A DNA stretch of 64,000 bases. It comes from Pseudomonadota bacterium. GTDB lineage: Bacteria > Desulfobacterota > Desulfobulbia > Desulfobulbales > SURF-16. The position numbers and the translations under genes are program-made. The notes under the pieces are model-generated. The model was not told where the DNA came from, made no database searches, and saw only the letters and a program-made list of their open reading frames with translations. The stretch spans positions 1,478-65,477 of the forward strand of contig JAHIVT010000091.1 of NCBI GenBank assembly GCA_018816555.1. Direction: 5' to 3'. This document shows, one piece after another, positions 1-10,641 of this stretch; the first letter of the stretch is position 1; every line of letters begins with the position of its first letter.

Positions 1-27
1 TACTTTTTTGAATTTTGCGTTGGAAAA

Positions 28-483
28 TTATTTGTAGGTTTTTCTCAGCCGGTCCATCTCCCGGTCGGCCTCTTTTTTCTTCAGGGAATTCCTTTTGTCA
101 TAGAGGGTTTTCCCTTTGCACAAACCAAGGCCGAGTTTTGCCAACCCTTTAGTTGTAAAGTAAATCTTTATTGGTATTAAAGCAAATCCTTTTTCCTGGA
201 CCTTGCCGATGAGTTTCTTGATCTCCCGGGCAGAGAGCAGCAGCTTTCTCTCCCGCAAGGGATCCGGCGCGTCATAGGTGGCAAATGTATAGGGCGAGAT
301 ATGCACGTTGAGCAGCCATGCCTCGCCGTTTTTGATCTTCACATAGCCGTCACGCAGATTGGCCCGTCCGGCCCGCAGGGATTTCACCTCCGAGCCCAGC
401 AATACCATGCCGGCTTCCAAGATGGAATCAATCTGGTACTCGTGGTACGCCTTTTTGTTGGTTGCTACTATTTTTCCTGACAT
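28..483 (-). CDS. smpB: SsrA-binding protein SmpB
   Basis: 151-aa ORF with the full-length SmpB pattern: N-terminal [10 protein letters not shown], then [16 protein letters not shown], and a basic C-terminal tail. Confidence 0.93.
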   Translation of the reverse strand: MSGKIVATNKKAYHEYQIDSILEAGMVLLGSEVKSLRAGRANLRDGYVKIKNGEAWLLNVHISPYTFATYDAPDPLRERKLLLSAREIKKLIGKVQEKGFALIPIKIYFTTKGLAKLGLGLCKGKTLYDKRNSLKKKEADREMDRLRKTYK

Positions 484-617
484 CTGAATCTTTTTTATCG
501 TAATTTTTTTCGTTACTGAACAGGTTGTTAGTCTATTAGACTGTAGTCTGTTAGGTAAAATTTCCTCTCACTTACAGACTAAACAACTACCGACTATACA
601 CCTGAAATTATTTTTCC

Positions 618-2429
618 CTATATCAATTCGGCAGATCCGGTCACCCGAATGGCCTCCTCATGGGTGGTGATGCCCCGCATCACCTTGTGCCAGGCGTCCT
701 CTTTCAGGGTGGTCATGCCCTCCCTTCTGGCAACCTTGGCGATGTCGCCGGCGCTTGCCCCCTGGCTGACCTGTTTTTTAATCTGCTCGGACATGGGGAA
801 AATCTCAAAAATCCCACAGCGGCCGATAAACCCCGTTCCCCGGCACCTGCGGCAGCCCTGGCCCCGGCGCAGTGTCAGCTGGGGCAGATCCGGCAGGGGA
901 AAACCGAAGCCCTGCAGATCAGCGGTGGGCAGGGTAAAACTTTCCACGCAATGAGGGCAGATGGTGCGCACCAGCCGCTGGGCCATGGCGCCAAGCAGGG
1001 TGGAGCAGACCAGAAAGGGCTGCACGCCGAGCTCCATCAGCCTGGTGATGGCCGACACCGCGTCATTGGTATGCAGGGTGGAAAACACCAGGTGGCCGGT
1101 CAGGGCCGCCTGGATGGCATTGGTGGCTGTTTCCAGATCGCGTATCTCGCCGATCATAATAATATCCGGGTCCTGACGCAGTATATTTCGCAAAATAGTG
1201 GCAAAGGTGACGTCGATCTGGGACTGTACGGAAATCTGGTTGAAGTCCTCATGGATCATCTCCACCGGATCTTCCACGGTGACGATATTGACCTCCGGCG
1301 AGGCAAGATTCTGCAAGGTGGAATAGAGGGTGGTTGACTTGCCGCTGCCGGTGGGGCCGGTTACCAGCATGATGCCGTGGGGAGAATCCATCATCTTCTG
1401 GTAGACGCTATAATCCCGCTCAGAAAAACCGATATCCCTGATATCCTTAAACATGATATCCGAACTAAGGATACGCATGACCGCCTTTTCGCCAAAGGCC
1501 ACCGGAATGGTTGACACCCGGATCTCCGCCTCCTTGCCGCCCCGGTCCACCTTGATACGCCCGTCCTGGGGCCGGCGTTTTTCGGCAATATCCAGCCGGG
1601 AGAGGAACTTGATGCGGGAAATGATGGCCGGATGCACCACCTTGGGAAGATCGTAAATGGTGTGGAGCACCCCGTCAATGCGCAGTCTGACCCGGCTCAC
1701 CTCCCGTTTCGGTTCAATATGGATATCGCTGGCCCGCTCATCAAAGGCATAGTTGAACAGATGTTCCACCGCGGACTTGATATTCTGGTCCGAGGAGGTG
1801 ATTTCCTTGGAAGAGGAGATCTTGACCAGCTGCTCCAGATTGCCCAGATCCACCATGGGGCCGCCCAGGTGGTTTTCCGCCGCGGAAATGGAGGACTTGA
1901 AGCCGAAAAACTCGGACAGGATCTTTTTCAGATCCGATTTTGTGCTGAGATGGGCCCGCACCTTGATCTGGTTGGCCCGTTCGATCTCTTCGAGCAGGGT
2001 GCGGTTTTCCGGTTCATTGATGGCCACCTCCAGCACGCCGTTCTTCACGGCAAAGGGCAGCAGGAGATGTTTCAAGGCAAAGGATTCCGGGATGGTCTTG
2101 GTGACCACATCCAGATCAAGTTCCAGGGGATCGAGCTTTTTAAAGGGCAGACCTAAATCATCGGCAACGGCCCGGATGATCATTTCCTCGGTGAGAAATT
2201 CGTTTTTCCGGCCCAGCAGCTCAAGGTTCAGGGAGACAATGATATCCACCAGATCAATTTCCCGGATATATTTGCGTTTCCTGCCCCGCTCCTGATCCCT
2301 GATGATACGAATCAATACCTGACGCTGCAGTTCTTTTTTGACGATAACCAGTTTCTGCTGCTCGTTGGACATCAGCCCCTGGCGCACCAATACGTCCAGC
2401 AGATAGGTTTCATTGTCCAGATATTGCAT
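618..2429 (-). CDS. Type II/IV secretion system ATPase (GspE/PilB family)
   Basis: 603 aa. Walker A GPTGSGKSTT, conserved Asp/His box region, and a C-terminal tetracysteine CPHC...CRRC typical of GspE/PilB ATPases. Confidence 0.9.
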   Translation of the reverse strand: MQYLDNETYLLDVLVRQGLMSNEQQKLVIVKKELQRQVLIRIIRDQERGRKRKYIREIDLVDIIVSLNLELLGRKNEFLTEEMIIRAVADDLGLPFKKLDPLELDLDVVTKTIPESFALKHLLLPFAVKNGVLEVAINEPENRTLLEEIERANQIKVRAHLSTKSDLKKILSEFFGFKSSISAAENHLGGPMVDLGNLEQLVKISSSKEITSSDQNIKSAVEHLFNYAFDERASDIHIEPKREVSRVRLRIDGVLHTIYDLPKVVHPAIISRIKFLSRLDIAEKRRPQDGRIKVDRGGKEAEIRVSTIPVAFGEKAVMRILSSDIMFKDIRDIGFSERDYSVYQKMMDSPHGIMLVTGPTGSGKSTTLYSTLQNLASPEVNIVTVEDPVEMIHEDFNQISVQSQIDVTFATILRNILRQDPDIIMIGEIRDLETATNAIQAALTGHLVFSTLHTNDAVSAITRLMELGVQPFLVCSTLLGAMAQRLVRTICPHCVESFTLPTADLQGFGFPLPDLPQLTLRRGQGCRRCRGTGFIGRCGIFEIFPMSEQIKKQVSQGASAGDIAKVARREGMTTLKEDAWHKVMRGITTHEEAIRVTGSAELI

Positions 2430-2620
2430 AAAAACGTTTTAAGTTTTAAGAGTTAAATGTTAGATTTGAAAATTGCAGCAGGGTGCTGTTATCAAAAGAT
2501 TGTAGGGTGCCTCTTTTCAAGGTTCCCTGTATATTAACACGTAAATCACAAGGGTATCTCTAAAAATCAGGATTTTTTCAATCCTTTTTACAGTTCCCGA
2601 AAATTTTCTCGGAGTATCAT

Positions 2621-5611
2621 ATGCTGGCACGTATTCAGGTTGGTATCAAACCTGTATTTACCGACTCGTTCGGCGAAAAGATCAGAAAAAAAATCCGGGG
2701 CGACCTGAAAATTCCGGTGGAAGCGGTCCGCACCATCAAAGTTTTCACCGTTGAGGCGGACATCAGCCAACAGGAGCTGCAGGCAGCGGCCAGCGGCCCG
2801 TTCTGCGACCCGGTTATCCAGGATTACTCTCTGGGACCTCTGGCGCTGGACTGGGATCTGGACTTTGACTGGCTGATTGAGGTTGGTTTCAGGCCGGGTG
2901 TCACGGACAACGAGGGGAGGACATCGGCCCAGGCCCTGGAACTGCTCATCGGCCGCAAGCTGAGCCGGGATGAGGCGGTGTACACCTCCTGCCAGTACCT
3001 CTTTTCCGGCAATATCAGCAAGGATGACGCGGAAACCATCGCCAGAAAAGGTCTGGCAAACGAACTGATTCAACGCTTCACCGTTGTTTCCAAGGCGGAT
3101 TTTGTCAAGGCCGGCGGTTTGAAACCCTATGCCCCCAAGGTAGTCGATAAAAGCGAGGCGAAAGTCGCGCAAATCAATCTTGACGTGTCGGATGAAGAGC
3201 TGGTGCGCATCAGCAAGGAGGGTGTGCTTGCCCTTACTTTGGAAGAAATGAAGCTCATCCGCGATTATCTGGCCCGGCCGGACATCATGGAAAGCCGCAA
3301 GGCCCAAGGCCTGAGCAGCAAGGTGACCGACGTGGAGCTTGAGGCCCTGGCCCAGACCTGGTCGGAACACTGCAAGCACAAGATCTTTTCCGGCAACATT
3401 GATTATGAAGACAGCCAAACAGGCGAAAAAACACAGTTCTCCAACCTGTTCAATACCTACATCCGCCAGCCCACCAGCGATATCCGGGCCAAGATGGGCG
3501 AAAACGACTGGTGCCTGTCCGTGTTCAAGGACAATGCCGGGGTAATCAAATTTGACGACAACTGGAATGTGGTCTTCAAGGTGGAGACCCACAACAGTCC
3601 CTCGGCCCTGGATCCCTATGGCGGAGCGCTCACCGGCATTGTCGGCGTCAACCGGGACCCCTTCGGCACCGGCATGGGAGCAAAGCTCATCTGCAACACC
3701 AACATGTTCTGTTTTGCCACTCCCTTTTACGACAAGCCGATTCAGGCCCGTCTGCTGCACCCGAAACGTATTTTCGAGGGGGTGCGGGAAGGCGTTGAGC
3801 ACGGCGGCAACAAGAGCGGCATCCCCACGGTGAACGGCTCGCTTTATTTTGACGACCGCTATGCCGGCAAGCCCCTGGTCTTCTGCGGCACGGTGGGCAT
3901 CATGCCCGCGGTGATCAACGGCAAGCCGTCCCACGAAAAAAAGGCCCTGCCCGGTGACATCATTGTCATGACCGGCGGCAGGATCGGCAAGGACGGCATC
4001 CACGGCGCCACCTTTTCCTCGGAGGAGCTCAACGAGAACTCCCCGGCCACCGCGGTGCAGATCGGCGACCCCATCACCCAGAAGAAGATGTTCGACTGTC
4101 TGCTCAAGGCGCGGGACCGGGGCCTGTACCGCTGCATCACCGACAACGGCGCCGGCGGCCTTTCCTCGTCCGTGGGCGAGATGGGAGGCGACACCAACGG
4201 CTTTGAACTCCATCTTGACAAGGCCCCGCTCAAATATACCGGCCTGCAGCCGTGGGAGATCTTTCTGTCCGAGGCCCAGGAACGCATGACCCTGGCTGTG
4301 CAGCCCGAAAAAATAGACGCTTTCCTGGCCCTGTGCCAAAAAATGGATGTGGAGGCCACGGTGCTCGGCACCTTCAGGGACTCCGGTAAATTCCACTGCC
4401 TCTACCAGGGCAAGACCGTGGCCTTTCTCGATATGGATTTTGTCCATGAAGGGCTGCCGCCCATGGAGATGAAGGCCAGATGGGAGCAGAAAACCTATGC
4501 TGAACCGAAGCTTCCCGCCGCACCAGATCTGGGTGCCGAATTAAAGGGCATGCTCGGGCAGCTCAATATCTGCAGCAAAGAGTATGTGGTCCGCCAGTAC
4601 GACCATGAGGTGCAGGGAAGCAGCATCATCAAACCGCTGACCGGCGTTGCCAACGACGGGCCAAGCGACGCGGCGGTGATACGGCCGGTGTTTGATTCCT
4701 TTGCCGGTCTGGTCATCTCCCACGGCATCTGCCCCCGCTATTCGGATATCGACACCTATCATATGGTGGCCTGCAGCGTGGATGAGGCCATCCGCAACGC
4801 CCTGGCCGTCGGCGCAAGCCTTTCGGTCATGGCCGGGCTGGATAATTTCTGCTGGTGCGACCCGATATTGTCCGACAAAACCCCGGACGGCGACTACAAG
4901 CTGGCCCAGCTGGTGCGGGCCAACCAGGCGCTGGCCCACTATGCCCGGGCCTATGGCGTGCCCTGCATTTCCGGCAAGGACAGCATGAAAAACGACTATC
5001 TGGTGGGTAAAACCAAGATCTCCATTCCGCCGACCCTGCTTTTTTCGGTTGTCGCCAGGATTGATGATGTGCGCAAAGCGGTGACCATGGACGCTAAAAA
5101 GGCGGAAGACATTGTCTATGTGCTGGGCACCACCTATGCCGAACTGGGCGCCTCGGAATATGCCGTGCGGCATGGCGCCATCGGCAACACGGTTCCCAAG
5201 GTGCGGGAAAAAGAGGCCCTGCCCCGTTATCAGTGTCTGGAAGAGGCAATTGCCCAAGGGCTGGTGGCCTCCTGTCATGACTGCTCGGACGGCGGGCTGG
5301 GGGTAACCTTGGCGGAAAGCGGTTTTGCCGGCGGCCTGGGGCTGGACATTGATCTGCGCCAGGTGCCGGCCCAGGGGATTGACCGGGATGACGTGCTGCT
5401 CTTCTCCGAATCCCAGAGCCGTTTTGTGGTAACCGTTGCCCCGGACAAGGCTGAGGCCTTTGAAAAAACCATGGCTGATACCGGCTGGGCCAGGGTGGGC
5501 ATGGTCACTGCGGAACCCAGGTTTACAGCTACCGGGCTTAACGGCAGCCCTGTCATGGCCGAAAACATGGCTGATCTCAAAAAGGCCTGGCAGGAGACCC
5601 TGGCGTTTTGA
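2621..5611 (+). CDS. purL: Phosphoribosylformylglycinamidine synthase, PurS-PurL fusion
   Basis: 996 aa. An N-terminal ~80-aa PurS-like segment is followed by a duplicated AIR-synthase-type PurL core (VETHNSPSA, ITDNGAGGLSS, HDCSDGGL). Confidence 0.9.
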   Translation: MLARIQVGIKPVFTDSFGEKIRKKIRGDLKIPVEAVRTIKVFTVEADISQQELQAAASGPFCDPVIQDYSLGPLALDWDLDFDWLIEVGFRPGVTDNEGRTSAQALELLIGRKLSRDEAVYTSCQYLFSGNISKDDAETIARKGLANELIQRFTVVSKADFVKAGGLKPYAPKVVDKSEAKVAQINLDVSDEELVRISKEGVLALTLEEMKLIRDYLARPDIMESRKAQGLSSKVTDVELEALAQTWSEHCKHKIFSGNIDYEDSQTGEKTQFSNLFNTYIRQPTSDIRAKMGENDWCLSVFKDNAGVIKFDDNWNVVFKVETHNSPSALDPYGGALTGIVGVNRDPFGTGMGAKLICNTNMFCFATPFYDKPIQARLLHPKRIFEGVREGVEHGGNKSGIPTVNGSLYFDDRYAGKPLVFCGTVGIMPAVINGKPSHEKKALPGDIIVMTGGRIGKDGIHGATFSSEELNENSPATAVQIGDPITQKKMFDCLLKARDRGLYRCITDNGAGGLSSSVGEMGGDTNGFELHLDKAPLKYTGLQPWEIFLSEAQERMTLAVQPEKIDAFLALCQKMDVEATVLGTFRDSGKFHCLYQGKTVAFLDMDFVHEGLPPMEMKARWEQKTYAEPKLPAAPDLGAELKGMLGQLNICSKEYVVRQYDHEVQGSSIIKPLTGVANDGPSDAAVIRPVFDSFAGLVISHGICPRYSDIDTYHMVACSVDEAIRNALAVGASLSVMAGLDNFCWCDPILSDKTPDGDYKLAQLVRANQALAHYARAYGVPCISGKDSMKNDYLVGKTKISIPPTLLFSVVARIDDVRKAVTMDAKKAEDIVYVLGTTYAELGASEYAVRHGAIGNTVPKVREKEALPRYQCLEEAIAQGLVASCHDCSDGGLGVTLAESGFAGGLGLDIDLRQVPAQGIDRDDVLLFSESQSRFVVTVAPDKAEAFEKTMADTGWARVGMVTAEPRFTATGLNGSPVMAENMADLKKAWQETLAF

Positions 5612-6660
5612 GCAATACCGTTTCCATTAATACCATCCAGGACGGTCAGCAGGTGGAGGGGATCTTTCTCTTAAAAGAGATGATCCGGGCCGAAACCAAG
5701 GCGGGCAAGCCCTTCCTGACGCTGAAGATCATGGATAAAACCGGGGAGCTGACCGGCCGCATCTGGGACGACGCCGACCGCTGGGAACAGGAGTGCACCC
5801 CCGGGCAGGCGGTGGCAATTTCCGGCCGAACCCAGAGCTACAAGGGCAATCTGCAGCTCATCATCAGCGAAGTACGCCGCGTGGCCGAAGGTGAGGTGGA
5901 TCTGGCCCAGTTTATTCCCTCAACCTCCGGCAATATCGAAAAAATGGCCGCGGAGCTGGAGGGCTTTGCCAGAAGCGTTGATGATGCCCTGATCAGAAAG
6001 CTGCTGCTCAAATTTTTCCATGACCAGGATTTTCTGGAGAAATTCAAACGGGCGCCCGCGGCAAAAAGCATGCACCATGCCTATTTAGGCGGCCTGCTGG
6101 AGCACACCCTGCATGTGGCAAGGCTGGCTGACAAGGTAGCCGAGCTGTATCCTTCCATCAGCCGCTCCCTGCTCATGGCCGGAGCCATCCTGCACGATGT
6201 GGGCAAGGTGGAGGAGCTTTCCGTCACCTCCAGCCTCTTTGACTACTCCGACCAGGGCAGACTCATGGGCCACATGGTGATCGGGGTGGAGATGGTCCAG
6301 GAAAAAATCAGCAGGATCAAAGAGTTCCCGGCCGATATGGCCATGAAGATCAAACATCTCATCCTCAGCCATCATGGCAGATATGAATTTGGTGCGCCGA
6401 CCCTGCCCATGCTGCACGAGGCCTTTGTCCTCAACTTCCTCGATGATCTGGATGCTAAAATCAATTATGTGGAACGGCTGAGCGCCCAGGTTCCAGAGGA
6501 CCACTATCAATGGAGCGAATACCAGCGCAACCTGGAGCGGTTTCTCTTTCTGTCCGGCCACTCCGCCCAAAGACAGGAAGAGGAAGCCATGCCCGCAAAA
6601 AAGAAAAAAACATCAGCTGAACAGGACGTCAGACAACCGGGCCTCTTTGATGTCATATAA
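5608..6660 (+). CDS. OB-fold/HD-domain 3'-5' exoribonuclease (YhaM-like)
   Basis: N-terminal OB-fold-like region, then HD motifs (HHAYLGGLLEHTL, ILHDVGK, SHHG). TTG start overlaps the purL stop, so the start is uncertain. Confidence 0.72.
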   Translation: MSNTVSINTIQDGQQVEGIFLLKEMIRAETKAGKPFLTLKIMDKTGELTGRIWDDADRWEQECTPGQAVAISGRTQSYKGNLQLIISEVRRVAEGEVDLAQFIPSTSGNIEKMAAELEGFARSVDDALIRKLLLKFFHDQDFLEKFKRAPAAKSMHHAYLGGLLEHTLHVARLADKVAELYPSISRSLLMAGAILHDVGKVEELSVTSSLFDYSDQGRLMGHMVIGVEMVQEKISRIKEFPADMAMKIKHLILSHHGRYEFGAPTLPMLHEAFVLNFLDDLDAKINYVERLSAQVPEDHYQWSEYQRNLERFLFLSGHSAQRQEEEAMPAKKKKTSAEQDVRQPGLFDVI

Positions 6661-6699
6661 CAGGAACCCTTTTCCTGTTTACAATTGTACTCTCCCCCC

Positions 6700-7698
6700 A
6701 TGCTAATATCGTTTCAGTCAGTCATAGGACAACCCAAGGCAAAACAGTTTCTGACCGGCTCCTTTCAGCGGCAGAAAACAGCTCATGCCTACCTGTTCCG
6801 GGGCCCGGCAGGGGTGGGCAAAAAAACATGCGCACTGGCCTTTGCCGCCCTGATCAACTGCTTGGCTCCGGTCAACGGTGATGTGTGCGGCCGCTGTTCT
6901 TCCTGCCTGAAATACCATTCCGGCAACCATCCGGACCTGCTGAAAATCGAGCCCCAGGGAACAACAAGCGCCCTGAAGATCGATCAGATCAGGGAGCTGA
7001 AAAAAACACTGATTTATCCGCCCTTTGAGGCCCGCTTCCGGGTGGTGCTCATTCAGGACATCCACCTTACCATGCGCAGAAAAGAGGTGACAAACAGCCT
7101 GCTGAAAACCCTGGAAGAACCGCCGGCCGACACCGTCTTCATCCTCACCGGCGATGAGGCGGGGGACATTCTGCCCACCATTTTGTCACGCTGCCAGATT
7201 GTTCCCTTCTACTCGCTCCCGTATGAACAGGTCACCCAGGCCTTGATGATCCATGACCATATCGAAGAGCAGACCGCGGCATCGCTTGCCGCTATTAGCG
7301 AGGGCAGTCTGGGCCGGGCGCGCCTTCTTTATCAGGAGAAGCTCCTGCCGCTGCGCCGGGAGATTATTGAAAGTATACTTGCCCTGGCGCCGGGGACACC
7401 GGACGCGGTGCAGGCTGTTTTTCAGCTGGCGGAAAAGGCCGGGGATACCAAAGATAACCTGGATGAGCTGCTGGATCTCATCACCAGCTGGATCCGGGAC
7501 ATCATGCTGGCCCACCGAGGCCTCAGCGACAGGATAATCAACAGTGATCTGCGTTCCCTGCTGCCGGCAGCCTGCCACAGATGGGACCATGAAGAACTAT
7601 CCGACAAACTGCAGCGCATCTCCCTGGCCCGCCGACAGCTTCTGCACAACTGCAATAGGACCCTGGTGTGCGAAGTCCTTTTCTTTGGGCTCCTTTGA
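6700..7698 (+). CDS. holB: DNA polymerase III subunit delta prime
   Basis: AHAYLFRGPAGVGKKT P-loop-like motif, zinc module CGRCSSC, and SRC motif (LSRCQ). ATG at 6700 is preferred over the TTG at 6685 in the ORF track. Confidence 0.85.
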   Translation: MLISFQSVIGQPKAKQFLTGSFQRQKTAHAYLFRGPAGVGKKTCALAFAALINCLAPVNGDVCGRCSSCLKYHSGNHPDLLKIEPQGTTSALKIDQIRELKKTLIYPPFEARFRVVLIQDIHLTMRRKEVTNSLLKTLEEPPADTVFILTGDEAGDILPTILSRCQIVPFYSLPYEQVTQALMIHDHIEEQTAASLAAISEGSLGRARLLYQEKLLPLRREIIESILALAPGTPDAVQAVFQLAEKAGDTKDNLDELLDLITSWIRDIMLAHRGLSDRIINSDLRSLLPAACHRWDHEELSDKLQRISLARRQLLHNCNRTLVCEVLFFGLL

Positions 7699-7773
7699 TG
7701 TTATATTAAACGTTTGGCATATGCGCCCATGGGTAACCATATATAAAAATTCAGAGTAAAAAAATAATTTTCT

Positions 7774-8703
7774 ATGGAACAGGACCAGACAACAGAGCCG
7801 GAAAGGATGGAGAAAATTTATAAGATTCGCTACCGGACGAACGAGCATATTTTTTCCGCCTCTTCCCAGATAACGAATCTCAAAACCGGCGAAGAGGTGA
7901 TGATCCAGACCGACCACGGTTCGGAACCGGCCAGAGTGACCGGGCTGGGGCCTCTGCTGGATCCTGCGGCCGAGCACCCCATCAAGACCGCCTATAGTGT
8001 GCAGCGTCGTTGCACCAGAGATGAAATAGAAAAATACGAGCGGCTCATGGAACGAGAGCAGGAAGCCTTTTTGTTCTGCCAGAAACAGATTGAAAAACAA
8101 GAGCTCTCCATGAAACTGATCCGGGTGGAACGCTATTTCAACGGCAGCAAGATCATCTTCTATTTTACCGCTGAAAACCGGGTGGACTTCCGTCAGCTGG
8201 TCAAGGACCTGGTACAGGAATTCCGGACCAGGGTGGAAATGCGGCAGATCGGCGTGCGCCATGAAACCAAAATGGTCGGGGGCCTGGGTTGTTGCGGACT
8301 GGAACTTTGCTGCGCCTCCTATATCAATAATTTTGCCCCTGTTTCCATCAAGATGGCCAAGGAGCAGAATCTGCCCTTAAATCCTGTAAAGATTTCCGGC
8401 ATCTGCAACCGGCTTCTCTGCTGCCTCACCTATGAGTATTCCACCTACCGCGACATCAAGAAAGAGATGCCCCGGCCCGGCAAAAAGCTGACCATTGAGG
8501 GCAAGAACTACAAAGTGATCCAGCAGAGCGTACTCGAGGAAACGGTAACGGTGATTGACCAGGATACTCCCGATCCACCCCGGGTTCTGACCCGCAAAGA
8601 GTGGGAAACCGTTACCCAGAAAATTGCCCGACCGCTTAAACCCGGTCGGCCGCGCAAAAAAATGCCGGGTAAAACCGATAAAAAAGAAAAAAACTCCGAA
8701 TAA
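7774..8703 (+). CDS. PSP1 domain protein (RicT/YaaT-like)
   Basis: PSP1 C-terminal pattern with Cys-rich GLGCCGLELCCASY and CNRLLCCLTYE. Its position after holB matches the common holB-yaaT arrangement. Confidence 0.8.
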   Translation: MEQDQTTEPERMEKIYKIRYRTNEHIFSASSQITNLKTGEEVMIQTDHGSEPARVTGLGPLLDPAAEHPIKTAYSVQRRCTRDEIEKYERLMEREQEAFLFCQKQIEKQELSMKLIRVERYFNGSKIIFYFTAENRVDFRQLVKDLVQEFRTRVEMRQIGVRHETKMVGGLGCCGLELCCASYINNFAPVSIKMAKEQNLPLNPVKISGICNRLLCCLTYEYSTYRDIKKEMPRPGKKLTIEGKNYKVIQQSVLEETVTVIDQDTPDPPRVLTRKEWETVTQKIARPLKPGRPRKKMPGKTDKKEKNSE

Positions 8704-10637
8704 TGGATACGATGAACACCTATATCACCACCCCGATTTTTTACGTCAACGCCCAGCCCCACCTGGGGCATGCCTTTACCACCATTGTCGCGGACACCTA
8801 CTGCCGTTACCGCAGGCTCTGCGGTGACGAGGTGATGTTTCAGACCGGCACTGATGAGCATGGCGACAAGATCGGACAGGCGGCCCAGGCAGCCGGGGTT
8901 TCTCCCCGGGAGTATGTCGACCGTATCAGCCATATGTTCCGGGACACCTGGCCCCTGCTGGAAATAGAGCCGGACAATTTCATCCGCACCACCGACCCCG
9001 TCCACATCAAGACCGTGCAGGACATCCTGCAACAGGTTTATGACCAGGGAGACATCTATTTCAGCGAATATTCCGGACTCTACTGCCGGGGCTGCGAACG
9101 CTTTCTCACCGAAAAGGAGTTGGTGGACGGCAAATGCCCGGACCATCAGCAGGCACCGGAAGCGATCAGCGAGCAGAACTATTTTTTCCGAATGAGCAAG
9201 TACCAGCAGTGGCTCATTGATCACATCAACAACCATCCGGAGTTCATCACACCCGAGCGCTACCGCAACGAGGTGCTCTCCTTTCTGAAGGAGCCCCTGG
9301 AAGACCTGTGCATCTCCCGGCCCACCAGCCGGCTGACCTGGGGCATTCCGCTGCCCTTTGATGACCGCTTTGTCACCTATGTCTGGTTCGATGCCCTCAT
9401 CAACTATCTGACCGGCATCGGCTATCCCAATGGCGGGAATTTTTCCCGGGACTGGGCCGTGGCCGAGCATATCATTGCCAAGGACATTCTCAAACCCCAT
9501 GCCATTTACTGGCCCACCATGCTCTGCTCCATCGGCCTGAAGCCTTATAAGAAACTGCACGTCCACGGCTATTGGAACATCGGTGAGACTAAGATGAGCA
9601 AAAGCCTGGGCAATGTTGTCCGGCCGGCTGAAATGGTTGAGGCATATGGCGTGGACACGGTGCGCTATTTTCTGCTGCGGGAAATGTCCTTCGGCCTTGA
9701 TTCAAGTTACTCGACAGATGCGCTGCTCATGCGCCAGAACTCGGACCTGGCCAATGATCTGGGCAACCTCTTCAGCCGTTCGCTGACCATGGTGGCCAAG
9801 TTTGCCGCCAGCCGGGTGCCTGCTCCCGGAACCCCGACAGAAACCGACCGGGAACTCCGCGATACCGCCATGGCCATGCTTGACACCTATCGCCGGGAAA
9901 TGGACAACTTTGCCTTTAACCGCGCCCTGGCCTCGGTCTGGGAGGTCATCAGCCGGGCCAACAAGTATATTGTGGAAAACGCCCCCTGGGATCTGGCCAA
10001 GGATGCAGACAAAAAGGAAAGGCTTGACACGGTTTTTTATTATCTGCTGGAAACCCTGCGCCTTATTTCCCTGACCATTGCGCCGGTCATGCCGACAACG
10101 GCTAGTAAAATGCGCCAGGCCCTTGGCCTTGAGGGCACTGCAGATCTGACCACCCAGGCGGTCTGGGGACTGCTTGCGCCCCAGAGTGTCATCACCCTGG
10201 CCGAGGCGCTGTTTCCGCGGCTGGACACCGGAAAAAAGAAAAAACTAAACGAACCGGCCCAGACCGGAGAGAAAACAAAAAAGAACATGACCACAACAGA
10301 AAATTCTGAAGACGAAAACCTGATCTCCTTTGATGAATTTAAAAAAATTGATTTGCGGGTGGCCGAGGTGGTGGCAGCCGAGAAAATCAAAAAATCAGAC
10401 CGGCTGCTGAAACTCACGGTAATGGCGCCGGAGGAAAGAACCATTGTTGCCGGTATCGCCGAATTTTACGAACCTGAGCAGGTGGTGGGAAAGCAGGTAA
10501 TCATTGTCGCCAATCTCAAACCGACCAAATTAATGGGAGTCGCCTCCCATGGCATGGTTTTAGCTATCAAAGATCAGGGTTCGCTTTTTCTTTCCGCGGT
10601 TTCCTCCCAGGTCACTCCAGGCAGCAAGGTGTCCTGA
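8703..10637 (+). CDS. metG: Methionine--tRNA ligase
   Basis: Class I aaRS motifs PHLGHAFT (HIGH-type) and KMSKS. C-terminal Trbp111/EMAP-like tRNA-binding domain. 644 aa. Confidence 0.95.
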   Translation: MDTMNTYITTPIFYVNAQPHLGHAFTTIVADTYCRYRRLCGDEVMFQTGTDEHGDKIGQAAQAAGVSPREYVDRISHMFRDTWPLLEIEPDNFIRTTDPVHIKTVQDILQQVYDQGDIYFSEYSGLYCRGCERFLTEKELVDGKCPDHQQAPEAISEQNYFFRMSKYQQWLIDHINNHPEFITPERYRNEVLSFLKEPLEDLCISRPTSRLTWGIPLPFDDRFVTYVWFDALINYLTGIGYPNGGNFSRDWAVAEHIIAKDILKPHAIYWPTMLCSIGLKPYKKLHVHGYWNIGETKMSKSLGNVVRPAEMVEAYGVDTVRYFLLREMSFGLDSSYSTDALLMRQNSDLANDLGNLFSRSLTMVAKFAASRVPAPGTPTETDRELRDTAMAMLDTYRREMDNFAFNRALASVWEVISRANKYIVENAPWDLAKDADKKERLDTVFYYLLETLRLISLTIAPVMPTTASKMRQALGLEGTADLTTQAVWGLLAPQSVITLAEALFPRLDTGKKKKLNEPAQTGEKTKKNMTTTENSEDENLISFDEFKKIDLRVAEVVAAEKIKKSDRLLKLTVMAPEERTIVAGIAEFYEPEQVVGKQVIIVANLKPTKLMGVASHGMVLAIKDQGSLFLSAVSSQVTPGSKVS

Positions 10638-10641
10638 ACAG

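Noticed and set aside
649-2295. Several plus-strand ORFs of 100-225 aa
   Set aside because: All are antisense to the GspE/PilB ATPase gene and have shadow-ORF composition.
2588-4447. 619-aa minus-strand ORF
   Set aside because: It is entirely antisense to purL. It has Gly/Ala/Arg/His-rich, low-information composition typical of shadow ORFs in GC-rich coding DNA. The purL frame has clear family motifs.
8508-9566. 352-aa minus-strand ORF
   Set aside because: It is antisense to metG and the PSP1 3' end, and shows no motifs. MetG has HIGH and KMSKS motifs in the opposite frame.
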